Shown here: positions 11,403 to 21,130 of the stretch, piece by piece
Layout of the letters: each line of letters opens with the position of its first letter
Numbering within the stretch: the stretch's first letter is position 1
NCBI GenBank assembly: GCA_016699105.1
Contig: CP064960.1
Location: 747,696 to 811,695, forward strand
Length of the DNA stretch: 64,000 nucleotides
DNA from: a bacterium
GTDB taxonomy: Bacteria > Patescibacteriota > Saccharimonadia > UBA4664
Direction of reading: 5' to 3'
Position numbers and translations under genes: made by a program
Notes under the pieces: generated by a model
What the model was told of the DNA's origin: nothing
Seen by the model: only the letters and a program-made list of their open reading frames with translations
Databases searched by the model: none

Positions 11403-12333
11403 GCAGTTTAAGACGTATGACATTGTTATGATTGGGTCGGGTCCGGCGGCGCTGTCGGCGGCTATATACACGACGCGCGAAGATATTGATACGTTGCTGG
11501 TAGAGAAAGGTGTGATCGGTGGATTAGCTGCCACCACTGACTGGATTGATAATTACCCCGGATTCAAAGATGGCATCTCGGGCTCGATGCTGGCTGAGCA
11601 AATGCGGGGTCAGGCCGAGCGCTTTGGTGCTCAGTTTGCAATGGCTGAGGTGTCGGCAATTGTTGATGAGGGCCGGCTTAAGCGGCTGGTAACTTCAGAT
11701 GGCGACATTCGAGCGCGAGCTGTGTTGATCGCCACTGGCAGTGATCATAAAAAGCTCGGCATTCCTGGTGAAGATGAATATTACTCCCGGGGTGTGCATT
11801 ACTGTGCTACCTGTGATGGAGCGTTTTATCGCAACAAAAAGCTGGTAGTGATTGGCGGTGGCAATTCGGCGGTACAGGAAGCCATCTTTTTAACCCGGTT
11901 TGCTTCTAAGATCGAACTCCTCGTTCGATCTGAGCTGAGGGCATCCGACGTACTCTTGCATGAGCTCGAAAACCATAAGGATAAAATCTCGATACGGCTT
12001 GGGGTAACGCCAGTGTCAATAGAGGGTAATGATATGGGAGTAACCAAGTTACATACTCGCGGTACGCAAGATGGCCGAAGTATGTCGATTGCAATGGATG
12101 GAATTTTTATCTTTATTGGGCTTAAGCCAAATACTGCTTTTCTCAAGGGATCGCCGGTTGCCTTAGATGATGTGGGTCTTGTAACAACGAATAGTCAATT
12201 TGAAACAACTATGCCGGGTGTGTATTGCGCTGGTGACGTCCGCTCTGGAGCAACAATGCAGATTGCCAGTGCGGTGGGCGAAGGTGCCACTGCGGCGCTT
12301 ATCATGCGGCAATGGCTGGAGCGGAGTGCTTGA
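11395..12333 (+). CDS. trxB: thioredoxin-disulfide reductase
   Basis: GSGPAALSAA FAD motif; CATCDG redox-active site; GGGNSA NADPH motif. A GGAGG RBS lies 6 nt before the GTG. Confidence 0.9.
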   Translation: MTEQFKTYDIVMIGSGPAALSAAIYTTREDIDTLLVEKGVIGGLAATTDWIDNYPGFKDGISGSMLAEQMRGQAERFGAQFAMAEVSAIVDEGRLKRLVTSDGDIRARAVLIATGSDHKKLGIPGEDEYYSRGVHYCATCDGAFYRNKKLVVIGGGNSAVQEAIFLTRFASKIELLVRSELRASDVLLHELENHKDKISIRLGVTPVSIEGNDMGVTKLHTRGTQDGRSMSIAMDGIFIFIGLKPNTAFLKGSPVALDDVGLVTTNSQFETTMPGVYCAGDVRSGATMQIASAVGEGATAALIMRQWLERSA

Positions 12334-12361
12334 GCGGTAAGTAGGTGAGCTCGCGTGTCTA

Positions 12362-12637
12362 CTATCGTTGGTCGTCCATAAGAGCAAATCTCGGCATGGT
12401 CTTGCCATCGACTGAAACAGATTCTGCCCAATGTGCGACTGGACGGATCCAAGTCAGGTGTGGGTCGTAGTCTGCTTGATAGATCACACAGGACTCGCAA
12501 TCGACTTCGCGGAGGGCCAGACCAATTACGGTATAACATCGGTTCTTATAGTGCCGATATCGAGCGCCTACCTGTACCTGGTGTGCTGCTCGAACGAGAT
12601 TGGCAGCTAGCTTGATTTGGGGTTCTTGAGTGGGCAT
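12362..12637 (-). CDS. DUF1653 family protein
   Basis: YRHYKNRCYTVIGLA...VIYQADYDPHLTWIRP pattern. Confidence 0.55.
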   Translation of the reverse strand: MPTQEPQIKLAANLVRAAHQVQVGARYRHYKNRCYTVIGLALREVDCESCVIYQADYDPHLTWIRPVAHWAESVSVDGKTMPRFALMDDQR

Positions 12638-12645
12638 GCGCTGGC

Positions 12646-13359
12646 TTAGCTGGTTACTTGGTTTATGACGTCATATTCCAGCCTGACGTACGAATCTGTC
12701 AGCGCCTCGCATTTCGTGAGCTCGAGAGGCCGAATTTTTGCCAAATCCTCGACCGTGCGGAGTGACTCGCCTTCTACGAGGGTTGTGGTTGCGCGGCCGC
12801 CAATGATGCATGGTGCGATCACGATGAGCACATGGTCGATTAGGCCTGCCCGGATGAGCTCGGCATTGAGTTCTCCCCCACTCTGAATTGTGATGCGCTC
12901 GGCTTGATAACCATCTTTCAGTTTGGTGAAAACATCGGCAAGATCTACTTGGTCTGTATAGGATATGATGAAGATGTTGGGGTGCTGTTTCTGCAATGCG
13001 AACGCTGGGTGGGTCTGATTGGTGGTGACAATAAACAGCCGCTCGGCCCAACGTGCCATGTACGCTACACCATGGGCATTGAGGTGGGGTTTATTGTCGA
13101 CGATCACAAAGCAAACCGGGATCTGTTGAACTACATGAAGCGGTTTTGTATTGGCGCCAATTTTAGCCATCACCCGGCCGCTGTTGAAGGAAAACCAGTC
13201 GGTCTGCTTTTCGATGTCATAGTACTGATGCAAGCCGTCTTTGATACCCGGAATTTGTGGTAGGTCTTTGTCGAAGTCTCGTTCGTCGGTGGCGCCAGTG
13301 GATATCTTGCCATCAAGGGATTGGAGTAGAAATAAGGTGGTGTAAGGGCGATTTGTCAT
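12646..13359 (-). CDS. RibD C-terminal domain / dihydrofolate-reductase-like protein
   Basis: LFLLQSLDGKIS...IQSGGELNAELIRAGLIDHVLIVIAP. Confidence 0.6.
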   Translation of the reverse strand: MTNRPYTTLFLLQSLDGKISTGATDERDFDKDLPQIPGIKDGLHQYYDIEKQTDWFSFNSGRVMAKIGANTKPLHVVQQIPVCFVIVDNKPHLNAHGVAYMARWAERLFIVTTNQTHPAFALQKQHPNIFIISYTDQVDLADVFTKLKDGYQAERITIQSGGELNAELIRAGLIDHVLIVIAPCIIGGRATTTLVEGESLRTVEDLAKIRPLELTKCEALTDSYVRLEYDVINQVTS

Positions 13360-13636
13360 TATGACCTGTGCATGTATTGGTTAGTTTCAATCAGTTGGAG
13401 TGGTTTAATGTAGTTCTCATTGTCATTTTATGTGAGAGGGAGCATCTTGGACACTGCATCAAGATTGTTCGGATCGTTATTTGTTCAGGGAACGTGGCAT
13501 GGATGAACCCAACCTCGTTCAGAGTGGAAGCGACGGTTGATTGCGCGTAGTTACTAATTTTTTGTGCTGTTTGCCACAGGTGGAGCTTGGTGGTGTAGAC
13601 GATGGCGCTCATGGAGTTGTTGACATTTTCTGCGAC

Positions 13637-14329
13637 CTATTTCTTTCTCAAAACTACCCAGAGATTGGTTGCTATTCCTTCACGCCCGAGCTTAAAGGCG
13701 GGTTTTGTAACTTTCTTGAGCATAACGATCTCGAAGGCTTTGTAATACTCTCGCAATTCGGGTTCGTTGTAATCCTTCTGGAACTTGCCATTTTGTGGCC
13801 ATATGCAGCTATTTGGCTCTAGGCCGGGATGTTGAGCGATGAGTTCTTTTTCCCACTCATCATCAGTTGAGCATACGGTTACTAGTGCATAGCTACCTTT
13901 TTTGAGTGTACGAAACATCTCATCGCGACAGATTTCACGACCTTCTTTTGTCTCAATATCAATGCTCGAAAATGAGTCGATGGCAACATCGAAGGTCTCG
14001 TCACTGAAAGGCCAAGCGGAATCCATTTCAGCCAGTCGAAAATGTGTCTTATTGGCTACCCCGCGCTCTTTAGCTAATTTTACAGCTGTGTCTATAGCCA
14101 TCTGGATGTATTCTAGGCCATCTACTTGGAATCCTTGCTCGGCAAGGTAAACGCTATTGCGGCCCTTTCCGGAGCCGATATCTACGATCCGTCCAGATTG
14201 TATGCCAAGTTTGTTTTTGAGATATTCGACAAAAAATATGACTCCGCTCGTAGGATCAACATGCGCCATTGTGGGTAGAGTTCCCTGATTGGCGTGTTCG
14301 GCTTCCCAGACTTGCTGCTGTTTTCTCAT
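13637..14329 (-). CDS. class I SAM-dependent methyltransferase
   Basis: VDIGSGKGRNSVYLAEQGFQVDGLE motif I. Confidence 0.7.
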   Translation of the reverse strand: MRKQQQVWEAEHANQGTLPTMAHVDPTSGVIFFVEYLKNKLGIQSGRIVDIGSGKGRNSVYLAEQGFQVDGLEYIQMAIDTAVKLAKERGVANKTHFRLAEMDSAWPFSDETFDVAIDSFSSIDIETKEGREICRDEMFRTLKKGSYALVTVCSTDDEWEKELIAQHPGLEPNSCIWPQNGKFQKDYNEPELREYYKAFEIVMLKKVTKPAFKLGREGIATNLWVVLRKK

Positions 14330-14677
14330 TGCTGAAATACTCTTGTATCTTCAGCATTCCAAAAATGAACCTGGTCGAAGCTGAGTTTTTGATAGAAGTT
14401 TATCGATTGTTGTTGGTTGGCATCATTCAATGCTACGTAGCAAAAGTAATACATGCTTGTATTTTACCTGCATCAGCAGATCAAACAAGTTTCGCTCTTG
14501 AAGACTTGCTACTTTCTTACGATATTGTGTAGCTTCCCAACTGTACGGCGAGTGATCTTGCGGTTAGTCTTGGCTAGCACGACTTACTTGATAGCCCGTC
14601 CACTTCATAATGAATGGAGCGGATTGAAGCCGACGCTTATTGAAGCATAGGCGTCATTGGTATAGAGTAGTCACAAT

Positions 14678-15025
14678 ATGGGTCTTAGGTTATCGCTTAC
14701 TTCGAAGAAATTCTTGCTTGTTGGTATGATTGCCGCAGCAGCCATTGCGCTGTATGTTGGCAGTAATTGGCTGCGCGGAAGTGGGTCAGGTGTGCCATAT
14801 CAGGACGCGTTTGCGGTGCAAGGCAACCGGGTTCAGGGTGAGTGTACCGATTGTTTCTATATTGAATCGGGTGCTAGAACCTATTGGTTGCGGGCAACTA
14901 CAAGTACTCGCTATGACGATAGCGAACAGCCGTTCGAAATTGATAAGCCTATGAAGGCTTATGTGCAAGACCAACAAAATGCCGATGGCTCTTATAGCGC
15001 TATTGAGATACAGCACGTTCGGTAG
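14678..15025 (+). CDS. hypothetical signal-anchored protein
   Basis: N-terminal TM followed by a soluble domain of about 85 aa. The RBS is weak. Confidence 0.35.
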   Translation: MGLRLSLTSKKFLLVGMIAAAAIALYVGSNWLRGSGSGVPYQDAFAVQGNRVQGECTDCFYIESGARTYWLRATTSTRYDDSEQPFEIDKPMKAYVQDQQNADGSYSAIEIQHVR

Positions 15026-15141
15026 AGTTAGCACCACCCTGCTTCTTCAATAAATGTAGCTAACGCAAGCTCAATATATTACACAGATTCGGCTCGGTGT
15101 AAAAAACTAAGCCGATTACCTTAAATGACGATTGATTAGGC

Positions 15142-15603
15142 TTAGTATGTCCCTTTAATCATGAAATACGATCCGCGGATAGTTCCGGCAAGCTTCGACT
15201 TTTGACGCACAAACTTGAACTTTTCGGCTAATTCCTTGGGTATATCCATCCCATCTGAGAGCTTAAAGCCGACAGCTCGTTTGCCAGACTCATCAAGCGT
15301 GTAGAGTACATTGATTGACAAGCCGTCTTCATAAAAGACATAGGTCCATTTCACACCGTCGACCTCAAATTGTGAGACTTCGAGCGGCTTGGCGGCAATG
15401 GTAATATCACGCTCTTTCAATATAGCGTTCACATATTCGATAATTGCGGGGTTATCACTGGCCGGCGCGACTACAAGGTCATGGTTGTATTTATTCTTAA
15501 AATAGCGAGCCTCATTTGCACGTAAGCCCGCCAGCGCCTGGACATTAGGCGATGATTCTAGTCCCTCAGTTGAGACATTATTGAAGTCAACTTGCTGTGG
15601 CAT
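15142..15603 (-). CDS. hypothetical protein
   Basis: ORF only. The start is taken at MPQQVDF. Confidence 0.35.
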   Translation of the reverse strand: MPQQVDFNNVSTEGLESSPNVQALAGLRANEARYFKNKYNHDLVVAPASDNPAIIEYVNAILKERDITIAAKPLEVSQFEVDGVKWTYVFYEDGLSINVLYTLDESGKRAVGFKLSDGMDIPKELAEKFKFVRQKSKLAGTIRGSYFMIKGTY

Positions 15604-15683
15604 ACCGATTTCTCCTTGAATTTCACACATTTGTATGTTAATATCAAGTTACTTGATTATCAAACTATTGTCAACAGCCAACT

Positions 15684-16166
15684 ATGCAACAATCACATGT
15701 ACGAGTCGTTACGTCTGCCCGGGAATTTGTCATAGCATCGGTTCTCTTTAAGAACATCATTGGTAAAAAGCTCGGGCTTAATATCACGGATAATGGCTGT
15801 CTCAATTACTTACTGATTCGTGGGAGTGCTTCACCAGCTGAGTTGGCAAAATACTCTGGACTGACGACGGGTTCTGTGACTACAATGATTGACCGGCTGG
15901 AGAAACTGGGCTATATTTTTCGCAAGCCAAATCCGAAGGATAGACGGGCGCTTGAAATACATATTAGTGACACTGCCAGAAATGCCATTATCCCTTTGAC
16001 TAGGCCGGCTCAATCTGCGCAGATAGACCTTATGAAAGTCTACACTGATGAAGAGCTGGATATGATAGCAGCTTTCGTGCACGCTTTTGCGCAGACCATT
16101 AAAACGCAAGCTTCTAATCTGGAAAATGTCGAATCGCCTAAGTACAGTCACCAGGCGATATCTTGA
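15684..16166 (+). CDS. MarR-family transcriptional regulator
   Basis: Winged helix: LNYLLIRGSASPAELAKYSGLTTGSVTTMIDRLEKLGYIFRKPNPKDRRA. Confidence 0.75.
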   Translation: MQQSHVRVVTSAREFVIASVLFKNIIGKKLGLNITDNGCLNYLLIRGSASPAELAKYSGLTTGSVTTMIDRLEKLGYIFRKPNPKDRRALEIHISDTARNAIIPLTRPAQSAQIDLMKVYTDEELDMIAAFVHAFAQTIKTQASNLENVESPKYSHQAIS

Positions 16167-16182
16167 AGGTATTGTACATAAT

Positions 16183-16719
16183 ATGACGCAAAAACATTGG
16201 CAAGAAATACGGCGCGAGATTGTATTTCAGAAATACTCGCAAACGATTGAACGGCGCGACTACAAGCTGCCAGACGGCCGGATTGACGAATATTACATCC
16301 ATGTAGCGCGGCCAGGTGCCTGTGCTTTAGCTTTGACTCCTGATAAGAAGGTGGTGACAATTCCGCAATACCGTCCTGGTCCCGATAAGGTTTTACATGA
16401 ATTGCCTGGTGGCTTTATTGATGAGCATGAATCTCCCCGTGAGGCAGCGGTCCGAGAATTACTCGAAGAAACGGGTTATTCTGGACAAGTCGAGTCGTGG
16501 ACAGGTACGTGGTGGGTCGACGCTTACGCCGAAACCAAAAACACCATTGTGATCGTCACCGATTGCCAATTGGCAGCGCAACCGCAACTGGGCGCCAATG
16601 AATTTGGCGAAGTTGAACTGGTGGAACTGGCAGATTTTGTGACTCAAGCCCGCGCCGGCGAACTCACTGATGCTGGTGGCGCTATGCTGGCTTTGGACCA
16701 CCTGGGTTTTTTGCGCTAA
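16183..16719 (+). CDS. NUDIX hydrolase
   Basis: Nudix box GGFIDEHESPREAAVRELLEETG. Confidence 0.75.
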   Translation: MTQKHWQEIRREIVFQKYSQTIERRDYKLPDGRIDEYYIHVARPGACALALTPDKKVVTIPQYRPGPDKVLHELPGGFIDEHESPREAAVRELLEETGYSGQVESWTGTWWVDAYAETKNTIVIVTDCQLAAQPQLGANEFGEVELVELADFVTQARAGELTDAGGAMLALDHLGFLR

Positions 16720-16728
16720 TTACGCAAC

Positions 16729-17190
16729 CTAAAAGTCAGCAATAACCAGCTTCTTCATTTCCATCATCTTGGCGTAGGCGCCGGGTTTTTTCATAAGCTC
16801 TTCCATATTCTCGGGCACAATTTGCCAACTGAGGCCATATTGGTCTTTGAGCCAGCCACATTGTTCGGACTCAGGTACGGCTGACAGCTTTTCCCAATAA
16901 TAATCGATTTCGGCTTGATCTTTGCATGGCACCGCAAATGATACTGACTCACTGAATTTGAATGTGTCATCGGCATTGATAGCAGTAAATGGATTGCCAC
17001 TCAGCTCAAATTCAACGACCAGGGGCTTACCAGCTAAGTCCAGCTGAAAATCAGCCAAGCCTTCTTCTTTGGTTAGGGGATAATTCATGATCGAATTAAT
17101 TTTGCTGTCAGGAAAAACTGACACGTAAAATTCAGCGGCTTCCTTGGCATTGCCATCAAACCAGAGATTGGGGGTAATAGTTTTTGTCAT
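16729..17190 (-). CDS. VOC-superfamily protein (PhnB / 3-demethylubiquinone-9 methyltransferase-like domain)
   Basis: LWFDGNAKEAAEFYVSVF N-terminus. Confidence 0.6.
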   Translation of the reverse strand: MTKTITPNLWFDGNAKEAAEFYVSVFPDSKINSIMNYPLTKEEGLADFQLDLAGKPLVVEFELSGNPFTAINADDTFKFSESVSFAVPCKDQAEIDYYWEKLSAVPESEQCGWLKDQYGLSWQIVPENMEELMKKPGAYAKMMEMKKLVIADF

Positions 17191-17306
17191 ATGTACGATG
17201 CTCCTACGTAAGTAAATTGGTTTGGACTTTATACCACTATACGGGCAATAGCGGCGTTAGTTAATATTCCAAAACAATGAATTATTCTCAACTATGTTGA
17301 GCAGGT

Positions 17307-17936
17307 TTATCGAACGCGGTCGAGTTGGCGGTTAAAGGCGCGTAAGTGATTTTCTGAGCCTTTGCGCAAATCTTCCAGTGCCGCTACAACGTCGGTTTCG
17401 CCGGTGGTGTCAGATAGGATATTCGTAATATCGGCAATATCCTTTTCTTCGATGGCGACACCTACTTCATAGGCATCTTGGGCACTTTTGGCGCCTTTGA
17501 GCATGAGGTCGTCATAGAGCTTTTGCAGATCCGTATTTGTGAAGGTGCCAACTGTGCCAGTGCGTGGATCAGCGATGTTTCTGGCCTGGAGTAGCGTGAG
17601 GACGCGGGATTGGTGGGTTTGTTCACTTTTCAGGATATTTCCAAACACTTGGGCACCCCATATGTCATTGAGATTTTCATATACATCATGGGCCAGTTTT
17701 TCTTCCTCAATAAGGAATAAAAGCCGATCGGTAGTAGTTTTGCCACTTATAACTGACTCAGTTTTACTGACGGCCGGGCTTGGTGTGGCGGTTGCTGTCG
17801 GCTTTGTGACGATTTGATAATTGCTTATCGAATATTTAGTGGTTCCCCACATACCAATGAGTCCAGCCGTTATGATGGCACTCACTACGAGCATGGTTGT
17901 TCGTCTGGAGAATCTGAAATGGTTAAAGTGTTTCAT
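17307..17936 (-). CDS. DUF2202 ferritin-like domain protein, signal-anchored
   Basis: LIEEEKLAHDVYENL...AIEEKDIADI four-helix-bundle repeat. Confidence 0.5.
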   Translation of the reverse strand: MKHFNHFRFSRRTTMLVVSAIITAGLIGMWGTTKYSISNYQIVTKPTATATPSPAVSKTESVISGKTTTDRLLFLIEEEKLAHDVYENLNDIWGAQVFGNILKSEQTHQSRVLTLLQARNIADPRTGTVGTFTNTDLQKLYDDLMLKGAKSAQDAYEVGVAIEEKDIADITNILSDTTGETDVVAALEDLRKGSENHLRAFNRQLDRVR

Positions 17937-17996
17937 AAAAAGCTCCTTTAGCTAACTACTCAGGGGCGGCTGTAGTTTGGCCGCCCCAGGCTTTGA

Positions 17997-18362
17997 TTAG
18001 TTGTTGTTCTGGTGGCGGTGCATGCCACCTTCGTTATTGCCGGTTCCGTCACAGTCAGACAGACCTTTGGCTTCCCAATTCATATGCGCTTGTTTGCTCG
18101 TGGCAGCGTGGATGGCGTCCATACTGACACCTTTTTCAGCAGCCAGTTGTGTCATAGTTCTGGTTTTGAGCTGTTCCCGGAGATCGGCGACATTTAGTTT
18201 TAACACGTCAGCTTTGACTTGGAGCTGTTGGGTGTAACCATTTCCGTTACTGTTGCCCATGCGGTGTGCGTTATCGTTGGCCGCAATAGCCAAGCCGCTT
18301 GAAGCAACCAGCGCACCGAGGGTGATAACAGTTCCGCTGGCGAATAGTATTACTTTGTTCAT
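17997..18362 (-). CDS. hypothetical secreted protein
   Basis: Signal peptide; His/Asn-rich C-terminus. Confidence 0.4.
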   Translation of the reverse strand: MNKVILFASGTVITLGALVASSGLAIAANDNAHRMGNSNGNGYTQQLQVKADVLKLNVADLREQLKTRTMTQLAAEKGVSMDAIHAATSKQAHMNWEAKGLSDCDGTGNNEGGMHRHQNNN

Positions 18363-18422
18363 GTTGGTGTCCTTTCGTTATGACACTAGTAATACGTTTA
18401 GTGTTGAAATTTTATTACAGTT

Positions 18423-18878
18423 TTAGTGCTGCCATTGTGGACCGCGAGGGGTATTTTGGTTCTGGCCGTTGTGTAATTGACCAAGCGGCGAGATAGAAAT
18501 AAGGAGTCCAGCTACAATGCTTGCGCTCAGTACGAGGGCAATAATCCAGCCAATGCGCACGCGGTAAAGGCGGCTGTTTTGGCGCAGCAGCCACACGAGA
18601 CCAATAATTGCTAAGATAGCAACAATGAGTGCCCACCACGGAAAATGAGCGAGTAAGTCACTGAGGTGTTGGCGAGCACCATACATGGGACGGTCAACGG
18701 ACTGAATTCGAATACTTAAAGTCATAACGTTTATGAGGTAAGCACTTAACCCACTCAAGCCAACAATGCCCAGTAGGCTGGACGTACCCAGTAAGATGAA
18801 ATGCCAACGCGGACGCATTTTGATATGTTGCGACTCGATTTCATGCATGACTTTGGCTGACATGTCTGGTTGCTTCAT
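18423..18878 (-). CDS. putative anti-sigma factor (membrane protein)
   Basis: Two or three TM helices. Its start overlaps the stop of the upstream ECF sigma gene, suggesting translational coupling. Confidence 0.45.
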   Translation of the reverse strand: MKQPDMSAKVMHEIESQHIKMRPRWHFILLGTSSLLGIVGLSGLSAYLINVMTLSIRIQSVDRPMYGARQHLSDLLAHFPWWALIVAILAIIGLVWLLRQNSRLYRVRIGWIIALVLSASIVAGLLISISPLGQLHNGQNQNTPRGPQWQH

Positions 18879-19453
18879 TGTGGTACTCCCCTGGCCTTAC
18901 AAATTGTTTGAAGTTTAGATTTAGCGCGGTTCATTCTAGCTCCCACCGCTGATACCGAGATATGAAGGATGTCACTGATCTCGGAGTAACTGGCGTCTTT
19001 GAGATAGTAAAGCGCGATGACCTCGCAATATTTGACCGGGAGTTTGGCGAGGCAGGCGGTAACATCTTTGGCGGCGATATGCTGATCAACGAGGTCTTGA
19101 GCGTTGATTTCTTGGCTCGTAGGCACCTCTCCGACCGGTAGGTCGTCTATCGACACCGACTGATGTTTAAGGGAGTCCATGGCGGAATTGTGAGCAATTC
19201 GGTAGAGCCAGCTTGAGAATTTGGCATCCTGATGAAATCCGCGAAGGTTTTTGTAAGCTTTGATAAACGTATCTTGGACGACATCTTCGGAAGTATCGGC
19301 ATCGTGAATCAAGTAGTTTACGTATCGAAAAAGCGGCTGCTGGTAGCGTTCAACAATTTCCCGATAAGCCGATTGGTTACCAGAGATGACGTTTCGTACA
19401 ATTTGTTCGTCTGTAGGATTATTGAGCTTTACGACCATCGAACGGTCCACCAA
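18875..19453 (-). CDS. ECF-type RNA polymerase sigma-70 factor
   Basis: Sigma region 2 (VQDTFIKAYKNLRGFHQDAKFSSWLYRIAHN) and region 4 HTH (ASYSEISDILHISVSAVGARMNRAK). Confidence 0.8.
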   Translation of the reverse strand: MVDRSMVVKLNNPTDEQIVRNVISGNQSAYREIVERYQQPLFRYVNYLIHDADTSEDVVQDTFIKAYKNLRGFHQDAKFSSWLYRIAHNSAMDSLKHQSVSIDDLPVGEVPTSQEINAQDLVDQHIAAKDVTACLAKLPVKYCEVIALYYLKDASYSEISDILHISVSAVGARMNRAKSKLQTICKARGVPQ

Positions 19454-19625
19454 AGAGCTTGCTCAAAGCACAGTAGTTGAGGGCGCCTGAGGCAATCAAT
19501 ACTATACCGACGACGCCGACGAGCCAGCTGACTTGCCCGGTAAAGCCGATATACGATAGTACTACTCCGGGGATAATCCGAAGCGAGCGACCTAATGGTG
19601 TGGCCATAAATTTTGCAAATTGCAT
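19419..19625 (-). CDS. DUF2892 (YgaP-like) small membrane protein
   Basis: RIIPGVVLSYIGFTGQ...GALNYCALSKLFG pattern. Confidence 0.5.
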   Translation of the reverse strand: MQFAKFMATPLGRSLRIIPGVVLSYIGFTGQVSWLVGVVGIVLIASGALNYCALSKLFGGPFDGRKAQ

Positions 19626-19679
19626 AATACTGGTGACCTCGTTATGGACTCATCGTAGCAGTATTTATGCTCAAATACG

Positions 19680-20172
19680 CAGGTTTAATTATTACTTTCG
19701 AAATCCTGCAGTATTCGTAAATACTGCTCGGTTTCGTGCTTTGGTAATCGTGCGTCAGCGAGTGGCTTTATCCATCCGTCGCTGGCGATGATTTCGTCCT
19801 ATTGCCCCAAAGTAAAAGTCCTCGAGCGTGGCAATAAATAGATATGACGGATTCCACGACTTCTGCATATGCTGGGCAATTTTTAATGTCTCTGCCGTAA
19901 CGAGTTTCGTGCGGTATTTAACTTCGACGAGCTGAACTTTTCGTTTTTCGCATCAGGGTCTATAACGGCAAAATCCGGCGCTGTTCGTAGCGTGTCGATG
20001 ATTCCGCCTTCGATATCTTCGCGATATCCATGTTGCACGAGTTCAGGAAGAATATTCTCGTATCAAATTCTAAAACAGTAAAGTGGCCGCTATTGCGATA
20101 CATCTGAGAAAAGATGTTCTCAGCAATGCGTCCTTTTATCAGTTGGCGGGTAAAATTAATGTTTGTGCTCAT
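19680..20172 (-). pseudogene. PD-(D/E)xK restriction-endonuclease-like protein, multiply frameshifted
   Basis: Pieces lie in three frames: MSTNINFTRQLIKGRIAENIFSQMYRNSGHFTVL, then YENILPELVQHGYREDIEGGIIDTLRTAPDFAVIDPDAKNEK, then VQLVEVKYRTKLVTAETLKIAQHM..., then IKPLADARLPKHETEQYLRILQDFESNN. The D...(E)VK pattern gives a nuclease-fold signature. Confidence 0.4.
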
Positions 20173-20204
20173 GCTTAATACAGTAGCATTAACCTATCGA
20201 GTCG

Positions 20205-20430
20205 TCAGTTAATTGCTGAATCCGAGGAGGCAGGATAATTGCGAATTTCGATGTGTTGAATCGTACCATTTTGGACTATTACATATTCAAGCCCTTTCGA
20301 TTCAACAATTTCACCTCTTTTTCTTGCCAGCAAATGTGTAGTCAAAGAGGATGATGCCTGGCTCAACTTCCTTAGTTGAATTTACCGTCCAAGCCAGTTT
20401 TTCGAACGAGCTATGGAACTCTTTCTGCAT
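20205..20430 (-). CDS. small hypothetical protein upstream of the nuclease-like gene (one apparent frameshift at an A5 run)
   Basis: MQKEFHSSFEKLAWTVNSTKEVEPGIILFDYTFAGKK then RGEIVESKGLEYVIVQNGTIQHIEIRNY. No clear RBS. Confidence 0.3.
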
Positions 20431-20524
20431 GTTCAGAATGTTGGTTTTGGGAGGTCTTGAATTTTGGCAATAAATTCTGCGGGAAGATGTATCATGCTCT
20501 ATAGAATAACCAGGAATTGAGGAG

Positions 20525-21130
20525 TTGTTAATGCCAGCAGAGCAAAATGGAGTGGGTCAAAGTCTATTAACTTCACTTGAAACGTTTGCCTGGTCCGTCC
20601 GTGAGACACCATTACGGTACTTAGGCGATCCGGTGCTGCGGGAGAAATGTACAAAAGTCGCGGCCGACGAGTTTAAGACGTCCTCCATAAAACATCTTGC
20701 CATTGAGTTGGTAAAAGTTCTCATGGATTATCGGCAGAATGTTGGCGTTGGTCGCGGACTAGCAGCAAATCAAATTGGCGCAACTAAACAAATGATTGCC
20801 GTTCTACTCGGTGATGAGCCTGAAGTTTTCTGTAATCCCCGCTTAATAGCTTCGAAAGGTATGGGAAGTTATGGTGAATCGTGTTTGTCATCTGGGGTAA
20901 TGCTGCTCGGAGAGGTTCGACGACCTTGGACAGGAAAGTTTGAATACGAAAACCTAGATGGGGTCACCAAGACGCTCGATGCAGACGAGTTGAAAACACG
21001 GGTGATATTACACGAAATTGATCATCTCAATGGCATTTCCTGCTCTGACAAATATGAGCCAAAAACGATGCGAATTGTGACTGGGGGAAAAGCTGAAGTT
21101 TTCGGGGAGCGGTTTAAGAAATTAGATTAA
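20525..21130 (+). CDS. def: peptide deformylase
   Basis: GVGRGLAANQIG, ESCLS and HEIDHLNG motifs. Confidence 0.85.
   Translation: MLMPAEQNGVGQSLLTSLETFAWSVRETPLRYLGDPVLREKCTKVAADEFKTSSIKHLAIELVKVLMDYRQNVGVGRGLAANQIGATKQMIAVLLGDEPEVFCNPRLIASKGMGSYGESCLSSGVMLLGEVRRPWTGKFEYENLDGVTKTLDADELKTRVILHEIDHLNGISCSDKYEPKTMRIVTGGKAEVFGERFKKLD

Noticed and set aside
12195-13051. Several 60-126-aa Arg/His-rich ORFs overlapping the DUF1653 and RibD-C-like genes
   Set aside because: These are shadow ORFs on the opposite strand or frame of well-supported genes, with compositional bias only.
13391-13612. 73-aa ORF between the RibD-C-like and methyltransferase genes
   Set aside because: No RBS and no recognisable motif. 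Probably non-coding intergenic sequence.
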